Shown here: positions 37,489-44,033 of the stretch, one piece after another
Position numbering within the stretch: position 1 is the first letter of the stretch
How the letters are laid out: every line of letters starts with the position of its first letter
Origin: Thermoplasmata archaeon
GTDB lineage: Archaea; Thermoplasmatota; Thermoplasmata; Lutacidiplasmatales; UBA184
Reading direction: 5' to 3'
Length of the DNA: 64,000 bases
NCBI GenBank assembly: GCA_022749995.1
Contig: JAKIWO010000002.1
Span: 42,033-106,032 of the forward strand
Translations under genes and position numbers: made by a program
The notes under the pieces: model-generated
What the model was told of the DNA's origin: nothing
Seen by the model: only the letters and a program-made list of their open reading frames with translations
Database searches by the model: none

Positions 37489-37680
37489 TCAGCGCGGTGG
37501 GGCGGCGACGGCCCCGGCCTGCGACGCCTTGAGCTCCTGCTCGACCTCTAGGCGTCCCTTCTTGAACTCGCCCATGGCCCGGCCGAGGCTGTGCGCGAGC
37601 TTCGGGATCTTGCTCGACCCATAGAACAGCACGGCCACGATCACGGCGATGATGAGCCAGTCGTCCAGACTATCGAACAT
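37489..37680 (-). CDS. tatA: Sec-independent translocase TatA/E
   Basis: Reads MFDSLDDWLIIAVIVAVLFYGSSKIPKLAHSLGRAMGEFKKG (63 aa). It is buried in a 411-aa shadow/composite ORF in the track. Confidence 0.8.
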   Translation of the reverse strand: MFDSLDDWLIIAVIVAVLFYGSSKIPKLAHSLGRAMGEFKKGRLEVEQELKASQAGAVAAPPR

Positions 37681-37748
37681 CGGTAACCACTCCTCCGCAC
37701 CAGCCCGAACTCGGGGCATATGGCGTTCGTACCGGGGGACCCAACCGG

Positions 37749-37780
37749 TCCGTACGGTTCGAACCCGGCCCGTATAAACG
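37749..37780 (-). promoter_or_regulatory. TATA box plus GGTTCGAACC palindrome (copy B of a duplicated promoter/operator module) upstream of tatA
   Basis: The plus strand reads tccgtacGGTTCGAACCcggcccgTATAAAcg. It is near-identical to 38829-38860. Confidence 0.45.
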
Positions 37781-37784
37781 AGGG

Positions 37785-38804
37785 CTACTGCGGCTCGAGG
37801 AAGATCGCCTCGGAGACGCCGGCCACGGCGCGCTCGACGGCGACTTCCGCTAGCGTCGCGAGCCCGCGGCTCGCCCGATCCGCGGCGAGGAGCATCGGGT
37901 CCCGCGAGCGGTTGCGGGGTCGGCGAGCTTCCGCCACGTCCAGTCGCACCCGTTGGATCTCCGCAAACCCGTCGCAGGCGCCGGCCAGCTCGGGGTGCAT
38001 GATGGCGTCCACCGACAGGCGCAGACCCTCCCCCAGCGAGTTGAGCAGGCGGAGCATCTCGTGCTGGATCGCCTCGGAGCTCGGATGCTCTCCCTCGCGT
38101 GCGATCACGGAGAGCTCGTTCGCGAGCTCTTCGAGGGTGTGGACCACCACGCGCCACTCGAGGAGCTGGCGGGGGTCGGGCGAACCGATCCGTCGTGCCA
38201 GCGACCAGTCGCGGCTGCCGAGGAACAGCTGCCGCACGAGGAGGGCCAGCACCTTGCCACCCTCCTCCTCGAGCATCGGCAGCCGCTTGGACCGGCGGTG
38301 CCGCGTCAACGTCTCCCGGGTCTCGTCGAGAAAGGCGGCGAGGATCATCCGCATCCGTTGGACGAGCTGCGGCAGGCCGTACTTGGACGGGTCGATGAAG
38401 TTCTGGAGCACGATGCGGTTGGGCTCTTGGGCCACGACGCTGACCCCCAGCAGACCTCGCGCGGCGGCGTGCAGCTCCTCGAGGCGCTCCGGCGCCAGCG
38501 CGACCTCGGTCCGGATCTCGATGGCGTCGTGACCGACCCGATAGGCGCCCACGATGAGGCGGGTGAGCAGCCCCGGGGTGTCGAAGGAGCGAGCCTGAAG
38601 CAGGAACGGCGCGCCGCCGGGGACGGCGGCCACCGTCGGGGCCGGCTTGAGGAAGAGCGACCCATCGTTGTGCTGGTCGAAGACGACCAGATCCCCCGGG
38701 CGCAGGTTCATCGCCTCGGCCCACGGTTTGGGGAGCGTGACCGCGATCGAGGAGTGTCCGGCCTTGAGGATGCGGCGCTCTCGGTTCGGACTTGGATACG
38801 CCAT
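37785..38804 (-). CDS. AbrB/SpoVT DNA-binding domain fused to a PhoU-like domain (putative transcriptional regulator)
   Basis: The N-terminus RILKAGHSSIAVTLPKPWAEAMNLRPGDLVVFDQ is a swapped-hairpin AbrB fold. The remainder consists of helical PhoU-like repeats. Confidence 0.7.
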   Translation of the reverse strand: MAYPSPNRERRILKAGHSSIAVTLPKPWAEAMNLRPGDLVVFDQHNDGSLFLKPAPTVAAVPGGAPFLLQARSFDTPGLLTRLIVGAYRVGHDAIEIRTEVALAPERLEELHAAARGLLGVSVVAQEPNRIVLQNFIDPSKYGLPQLVQRMRMILAAFLDETRETLTRHRRSKRLPMLEEEGGKVLALLVRQLFLGSRDWSLARRIGSPDPRQLLEWRVVVHTLEELANELSVIAREGEHPSSEAIQHEMLRLLNSLGEGLRLSVDAIMHPELAGACDGFAEIQRVRLDVAEARRPRNRSRDPMLLAADRASRGLATLAEVAVERAVAGVSEAIFLEPQ

Positions 38805-38828
38805 TGCTGTACCGAACCTCTTACAAGG

Positions 38829-38860
38829 TTCGTAGGTTCGAACCGGCCCGGATATATGAA
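38829..38860 (-). promoter_or_regulatory. TATA box plus GGTTCGAACC palindrome (copy A) upstream of the AbrB-PhoU gene
   Basis: The plus strand reads ttcgtaGGTTCGAACCggcccgGATATATgaa. The palindrome lies between the TATA box and the expected TSS. A second inverted repeat, CGAACCtcttacaaGGTTCG, spans 38813-38832. Confidence 0.45.
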
Positions 38861-38935
38861 TCTCTCGCCGCCCGGCGAGTTCCTACTACGGTCGTCGGAG
38901 GTTCGGGCCCGACCCGCCGCGCGGCCGCGCACCGA

Positions 38936-39643
38936 CTACGGGTGCGCGGAGTGTTCGAGCGCGCCGGTCGGCTCGGGGTAGCCGAGCCGCTCGGGGGGCA
39001 TCTCGTGCTTGGCGCCTTCCCGCTTGCCGACCACGAAGCCGAGCACCAGCGCGACCACGACGAGCGAGACGACGATGCCGGCGATGATGTAGACCCCCGT
39101 CGGCATTCCCGGTCCGGCCGGCGATGGGGGCGCGACCCCGGAGCCGAAGAAGCCGAACATCCCCTCTTGGAAGTGGCTGGATACCATGCAGACGTACTCG
39201 TACACGCCTTTGGCCGGGGCGGTGAACGTCGCGGAGGCATGGAATCCCGTGGTGCCGTTGATGGTCAAGTTCACGAGGGGGGGGTGGCTGGTGAAGAAAG
39301 TCTGCAAGTCCGGTGTCGAGTCGCTGGTCGGGAAGGTGAGGTTGTCGACGGAGGAGAGGGTGAAGGTGTGCAACGTGGTGCCGAGCTGCGTCACGGTGAT
39401 CGTCACATTGTCGCCCGGTGCCGCGGCCTCCATCGTATCCGGCGTGAAGGCAAAGACGTCGCCCACGCTGAGGCTCAGGGCATCGGTGGCGTGCCCCCGA
39501 TACCCGGTCTCCGGAGCCACGGTGCGAGGCTCGAGAGCGCCCGCCAGCGGAAGCGCCAGCACCAGCAGCGCTACCGCGAGAGCGGCTACTACCCGAGAGA
39601 TACTGCTGCGCATCGGTCGGCCGCGACGCTCCGGCGCTCCCAC
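38936..39643 (-). CDS. Membrane-anchored type-1 blue copper protein (sulfocyanin/halocyanin-like cupredoxin)
   Basis: It has a signal peptide and a C-terminal TM. The Cu ligands are LHTFTL (His) and YEYVCMVSSHFQEGM (Cys, His, Met). The start may be the internal MRSSISR. Confidence 0.7.
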   Translation of the reverse strand: MGAPERRGRPMRSSISRVVAALAVALLVLALPLAGALEPRTVAPETGYRGHATDALSLSVGDVFAFTPDTMEAAAPGDNVTITVTQLGTTLHTFTLSSVDNLTFPTSDSTPDLQTFFTSHPPLVNLTINGTTGFHASATFTAPAKGVYEYVCMVSSHFQEGMFGFFGSGVAPPSPAGPGMPTGVYIIAGIVVSLVVVALVLGFVVGKREGAKHEMPPERLGYPEPTGALEHSAHP

Positions 39644-39756
39644 GCGCCGTGTGGTTCAAAGGCGTTTGGTACGTATCGCGGGCCGCCGGCAGCCGCCGGC
39701 TCGACGAGGGAATATGTACGCCGGAAATATGTATCGACCTCCGTCCCTTGCCCGGC

Positions 39757-39972
39757 GTGCGACTACGGTGGGGCGGCTCGCTCCTAGGGGTGGGAGCGGG
39801 CCTAGCGGTGCTGCCCATCCACGCCTCGCAGACGCCGCTCCAGGAGATCTCGCCCGTCGTCTGGGTGATGGTGGCGATCTCGGCCGCGGGCGCGTTCATC
39901 ACCTACGCGATCATGGCCTACGCGGCTTGGCGGTTCCGCGACCCCTCGACGCGCGGGCGGAACTATGGTTAA
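39757..39972 (+). CDS. N-terminal helix of heme-copper oxidase subunit II as a separate ORF (subunit IIa-like)
   Basis: Has a signal-like segment, then the TM ISPVVWVMVAISAAGAFITYAIMAYAAWRFR, then a stop. It is collinear with TM1 of canonical CoxII. GTG 39757 lies about 27 nt downstream of the TATA-like ggaaatatgtat. The track start is 39649. Confidence 0.5.
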   Translation: MRLRWGGSLLGVGAGLAVLPIHASQTPLQEISPVVWVMVAISAAGAFITYAIMAYAAWRFRDPSTRGRNYG

Positions 39973-40426
39973 CAAGTACGAGGTGCTTTGGACCCTCGCC
40001 GTCGTGGGCCTCATCGCCGGCGTGGCCGCCTACTCCACGATCCTGCTCTACCAGGTGGACGCGCTTCCGAGCCACCCCGGGGAGTACGTCGAGGTCAAGG
40101 GTCATCAGTGGTTCTGGCAGTTCTGCTACCCGGCCAACCACACCTGCTACAACGTGAGCTACGACCCGAACACCGGCGGTACGAGCGGGGGGGCTCTCTG
40201 GGCCAGTCCGGGCGAATCGGTGCAGGTGAACGTCACCTCGGTCGACGTGATCCACTCCTTCAATATCCCCGGCATCGGCGTCCGGATCGACGCGATCCCC
40301 GGCCGGGTGAATTCGTTCGCGTTCAACGCGCCGGTGGCCAGTGCCGGTACCGAGTATCTGATCCAGTGCACCGAGTTCTGCGGCAGCTTCCACGGCACGA
40401 TGCGTGCCTACCTCGTCCTGACGTAG
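39965..40426 (+). CDS. coxB: Heme-copper oxidase subunit II (TM2 plus CuA cupredoxin domain)
   Basis: Contains YEVLWTLAVVGLIAG (the LEixWT-like TM2), DVIHSFNIP and the CuA site CTEFCGSFHGTM. Confidence 0.85.
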   Translation: MVNKYEVLWTLAVVGLIAGVAAYSTILLYQVDALPSHPGEYVEVKGHQWFWQFCYPANHTCYNVSYDPNTGGTSGGALWASPGESVQVNVTSVDVIHSFNIPGIGVRIDAIPGRVNSFAFNAPVASAGTEYLIQCTEFCGSFHGTMRAYLVLT

Positions 40427-40456
40427 TTCGTGCGCTGGTCCGCGCCCGCGGGCCGA

Positions 40457-41497
40457 CTAGTGATGACCGGCGGTCTTCGGCGGGAACCGACCCATGAAGT
40501 TGGTGGCGGTCGCCAGCACCACACCCACGCCGAGGAGGAGGCCCGCGCCGGCCAGCACATCGACCTGCACGAGCGCGGTGCTCAGCGGGGGCGAAAGGGC
40601 GGGCGGCTGGACCCCCACGAAAAGCGTTCCGTTCATCCCGGCGGCGAAGTGGCCGGAGGTGGTGCAGAGGTACTCGTACTCCCCTTGGGCGGGGATCGAG
40701 AAGTTCGCCCAGACGACCTGGCCCGGACTGTTGATGGCGGCGTTGGCGAGGGGGGCGTGCTTGCCGAAGTAGTTCGAGTAGTTCTGGGGGGTCGGGAAGA
40801 CGTTGGCCTGCGCTACGAGCGTCCAGGTATGGGCGAAGCTCCCTCCGTTCGTGATCTGGACGTCGATCGTGATCGGGTAGCTGGTCGCGTTGACGACGAG
40901 CGCGTCCGGCAGGAACTTCAGTTGGTCCGTCGTCTGCTCGGTGAGCGGCGTCCCCGCGCCCGCGCTCACGTTGAGGAATCCGAGCATGCCGGCCTGGAAC
41001 TGGTAGGGGACCAGCGAGGTGAACTCGTAGCTCGCGCCGAGCGTCGTCGGGAGGGTGAACGACACGCTGGCGCTGCGGCCGGGGACTGCGGAGACGTTGG
41101 CGAGCGAACCGTTGGTGCTGAAGAAGTGCTGAAGCTGCTCCGGATCCCAGCTTCGGTTCAGCACCACGTTGGCGCTCCGAACGAGGGTGAAGCTGTGATT
41201 GAGCGAGCCGGTGTTGTTGAGATGCACGGTCACCAGTGCGCCGGCCTCGGCACCGACCAGCCGGGCCGGAACGAACGCCGGGGCATCGGTCAGGTTGAGC
41301 CAGTAGCCGACGGAAGCCGGTGCGGCCGCCGGCCGCGCGTACTCGAGGCTCAGGGCGGCGCCGCGCTGGGTTGCCTCGGCGATCGGTGCCGCGAGCGGAA
41401 GGCCGATCGCCAGCAGGAGCAGACCGAGCACACCACAGGTGCCGGCCGCGCGGCGGAGCCCCCGATGGAGCGGGCGAGTATTCTCCATCGGCCTCAC
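40457..41497 (-). CDS. Tandem-cupredoxin membrane-anchored protein; domain 1 lacks Cu ligands, domain 2 is an intact type-1 Cu site
   Basis: Domain 2 has FAHTWTL and YEYLCTTSGHFAAGM. Domain 1 has LNHSFTL and YEFTSLVPYQFQAGM, with Cys replaced by Ser and His by Gln. It has a signal peptide, a C-terminal TM and many N-x-S/T sequons. Confidence 0.65.
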   Translation of the reverse strand: MRPMENTRPLHRGLRRAAGTCGVLGLLLLAIGLPLAAPIAEATQRGAALSLEYARPAAAPASVGYWLNLTDAPAFVPARLVGAEAGALVTVHLNNTGSLNHSFTLVRSANVVLNRSWDPEQLQHFFSTNGSLANVSAVPGRSASVSFTLPTTLGASYEFTSLVPYQFQAGMLGFLNVSAGAGTPLTEQTTDQLKFLPDALVVNATSYPITIDVQITNGGSFAHTWTLVAQANVFPTPQNYSNYFGKHAPLANAAINSPGQVVWANFSIPAQGEYEYLCTTSGHFAAGMNGTLFVGVQPPALSPPLSTALVQVDVLAGAGLLLGVGVVLATATNFMGRFPPKTAGHH

Positions 41498-41588
41498 GGG
41501 CGGAATTGGACCGAAGTTCGGTTCTTATCGCCTGTGTACGAATCGCCTCCGCCCGCGGCGCGCGCGCCCGGGCGAGGGCGGAACTCGC

Positions 41589-42437
41589 CTAGGGATCGTG
41601 GGAGGATCCCACCGGCCGCTCCTCCTCCGGTTCGAACCGGCGGAGCAGCTGGGTGGTCACTTCGATGAGTGGGTGGTGGGAGGTCCGGTCGATCGCCACG
41701 TCCTCGAGCCGGTGCAGGTGGTGTTCACGGGAAGCGCGCTCGAAACCGGTCTCCTGCGCCGCGAACTCGAGCGGCTTCTCGCAGGTGAGGATGAAGGCCT
41801 GGAGCTGGGTGAGCCCCATCTCGCGGGCCGCGAGCGCGCGGTGGTGGCCATCCACGAGGATCCACTGCTCCCCCTTCTGCACCACGAGCACCGGCTCGGC
41901 AAACCCCCGCTCGAGCTCGTACCGGCGTCCCTCGAGCTCGTCCTCGAACACTTTCCACTGCGTCGGGGTCAAGCGCGCGATCGGCACGAGCCCGCGGCGG
42001 AAGCTGAACGGCAACTGGTAGCGCTCGGTGAGCAGGTGGCGCAGCGTCTCGGCCTTGGCCGGGCTGGCCCGCTCAAAGTGCGAGCGCACGATGTCGAGGT
42101 TCGAGACGATCCCGCAGAGCCGCCCGGCCTCGTCGACGATGGGCAGGTCGCGCAGCCCGAACCGGAACATGATCCGCGCCACATCGTCGAGGGCCATCTC
42201 CGGCGTCGCGGTGTACGTGCCGGGCCGGATGACGGCGGACAGGTGCGTGGAGCGGTCGGAAGCGTGGCGCAGCAGCTCCTTCGCGCTCACGAACCCCACG
42301 AGCCGCCGTTCGCCGTCGACGACCGGCAGGCCGTGGTGCCGGCTGTGCAGCAGCTTCTCGATCGCCTCTCCGACGGTGGTGGACTCTTGGAAGTGTTCGA
42401 CCTCGAGGACCATGTAGTCGCGGACCCGCACGCTCAT
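41589..42437 (-). CDS. CBS-pair domain fused to a ParB/sulfiredoxin-like domain
   Basis: The N-terminus has two CBS motifs (HHGLPVVDGERRLVGFVS; RDLPIVDEAGRLCGIVS). The C-terminus has ILVDGHHRALAA, the DGHHR ParB/Srx signature. The ATG overlaps the gmhA stop (ATGA). The track ORF to 42977 is a shadow extension. Confidence 0.7.
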   Translation of the reverse strand: MSVRVRDYMVLEVEHFQESTTVGEAIEKLLHSRHHGLPVVDGERRLVGFVSAKELLRHASDRSTHLSAVIRPGTYTATPEMALDDVARIMFRFGLRDLPIVDEAGRLCGIVSNLDIVRSHFERASPAKAETLRHLLTERYQLPFSFRRGLVPIARLTPTQWKVFEDELEGRRYELERGFAEPVLVVQKGEQWILVDGHHRALAAREMGLTQLQAFILTCEKPLEFAAQETGFERASREHHLHRLEDVAIDRTSHHPLIEVTTQLLRRFEPEEERPVGSSHDP

Positions 42438-43033
42438 GCGGGCGGCGGCTCGGGGCCCTCGTCCCGCAAGTACGCGGTCAAGAGGTGGCAGATGAGGAGG
42501 TGGACGTCCTCGGCATGTTGCATGCTCTGGGAGGGCACGACCACCGGGATATCCACGAGCCCCTTGAGCTTCCCACCGCCGAGCCCGGTGAGGCCGATGG
42601 TGTGGAGCCCCATCGTGCGGGCCAGCTCCACCGCCGCCAGGACGTTGGGGGAGTTGCCGGATCCGGTGATGGCGAACAGGACATCGCCCCGGCTCGCCAG
42701 GTTCCGCACCTGCTCGGAGAAGACCCGGGCGTAACTCGTGTCGTTGGCCCAGGCGGTGAGCGTCTCGACATTGTCGACCAGCCCAATGCATCGGAACCGT
42801 CGGCCGTCCCCTCGGATCGTCGCCTTGCCGATGTCCACCACGAAGTGGGAGGCGGTGGAGGCGCTGCCGCCGTTGCCTAGGAAGAAGAGGGTCCGGCCCT
42901 CGGCGCGGGCCCGGAGGAGGACCGGAACGATCGCGGCGATCGCCTGGGCGAGGTACGGTTCGCGGATGGAGTCGCACGCCTCCTCCACGTACCGTCGAAC
43001 GTACTCCTCCACCGCCAGTCCCACCGAGCTCAC
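42434..43033 (-). CDS. gmhA: Phosphoheptose isomerase (SIS domain, GmhA-like)
   Basis: Contains FFLGNGGSASTASHFVVD...ITGSGNSPNV...TIGLTG. Confidence 0.7.
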   Translation of the reverse strand: MSSVGLAVEEYVRRYVEEACDSIREPYLAQAIAAIVPVLLRARAEGRTLFFLGNGGSASTASHFVVDIGKATIRGDGRRFRCIGLVDNVETLTAWANDTSYARVFSEQVRNLASRGDVLFAITGSGNSPNVLAAVELARTMGLHTIGLTGLGGGKLKGLVDIPVVVPSQSMQHAEDVHLLICHLLTAYLRDEGPEPPPA

Positions 43034-44007
43034 CGCCCCACGAAAAGGATGCGCGATCCCTCGGCCGAAAAGCGGACCGGGACCTTACGCCACGGGGACA
43101 AAGCGCTCGCTACTTGAGCGCTCTGCTCCGGCGGGTGCGCCAGCAAGAGGAACCCCCCGCCTCCGGCGCCGGTGATCTTGCCTCCCCAGGCACCGGCCGC
43201 CCGGGCCCGCGCGTAGGCCGCGTCGATCTCCTCCGTCGAAATGCCGGCGGAAAGGCCGCGCTTGAGCTGCCACCCCTCATCGAGCAGTTCCCCCAATCGC
43301 ACCCAGTTCCCCGCCAAGATCGCGTCGCGGGTGGGGCCGGCGAGCTCTCGCATCCGACGCAGCGATTCGCGGTTCTCGCCCAGCCGGGCCTCTTGGCGCT
43401 TGAGGATGCCCTGCGCCTGGCGCGTAATGCCCGTGTAGAAGAGCGAGAGATGACTCGCGAGCCGCTCCTTGTCGCGGGTCGTGAGCGGGATCGGAGCCAC
43501 GCGGACCGTGTCGTCCTCCCGGAACTCGAAGAACTGCACGCCGCCGAAGGCCGCGGCGTACTGGTCCTGCTTGCCCAGCGTCCCGTGCAGGATGTCGATC
43601 TCGATCGAGCAGGCCTCTTCGGCGAGTTCGGCCGGACCCTTGAGCGTCCCGCGGTAAGCGTGGAAGGCGTTGAGCAGCCCGACCGTCACCGAGGAGGAGG
43701 AGCCGAGCCCGGTCCCCTCCGACGGGATGTCGGCGATCGTGTGGACCTCGATGCCGCCGGGGACACCGGCGAGCCGCATCGCCTCCCGGACCAGCTCGTG
43801 CTGCAGCTGGTCGAGCACCTCGACGTCCTCGGTCCGGGAGTAGGCGACGCGGATGGCCGCGTCGAACTTGTCGTTCACCAGCACGTGGACGTACCGGTCG
43901 ATGGCGGCGCTCACCACCGCGCCCCCGCCGTACTTGCGATAGAAGGAGGGCAGGTCGGTCCCACCGCCCGCGAAGCTCACCCGGAGCGGGGTGCGGGTGA
44001 TGATCAC
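43030..44007 (-). CDS. GHMP-family sugar kinase (D-glycero-D-manno-heptose 7-phosphate kinase-like)
   Basis: Contains IITRTPLRVSFAGGGTDLPSFY and PSEGTGLGSSSS (GHMP motif II). The start was set at GTG 44007; the track ORF to 44280 is over-extended. Confidence 0.65.
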   Translation of the reverse strand: MIITRTPLRVSFAGGGTDLPSFYRKYGGGAVVSAAIDRYVHVLVNDKFDAAIRVAYSRTEDVEVLDQLQHELVREAMRLAGVPGGIEVHTIADIPSEGTGLGSSSSVTVGLLNAFHAYRGTLKGPAELAEEACSIEIDILHGTLGKQDQYAAAFGGVQFFEFREDDTVRVAPIPLTTRDKERLASHLSLFYTGITRQAQGILKRQEARLGENRESLRRMRELAGPTRDAILAGNWVRLGELLDEGWQLKRGLSAGISTEEIDAAYARARAAGAWGGKITGAGGGGFLLLAHPPEQSAQVASALSPWRKVPVRFSAEGSRILFVGR

Positions 44008-44033
44008 GCTGGCGCGAGGGCGGGAGACCCCTA

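Noticed and set aside
38918-38929. The 12-nt palindrome GCGCGGCCGCGC and a nearby hairpin ctcgcc-gccc-ggcgag (38864-38879) downstream of the cupredoxin gene.
   Set aside because: These are probably just terminator-like GC hairpins or chance palindromes in GC-rich DNA. There are no repeats elsewhere and no link to a gene start.
41627-41640. A perfect 14-nt palindrome CCGGTTCGAACCGG containing the GGTTCGAACC operator core.
   Set aside because: It lies inside the coding region of the CBS-ParB gene (encoding …RRFEPEE…), far from any promoter. It is probably coincidental in GC-rich coding DNA.
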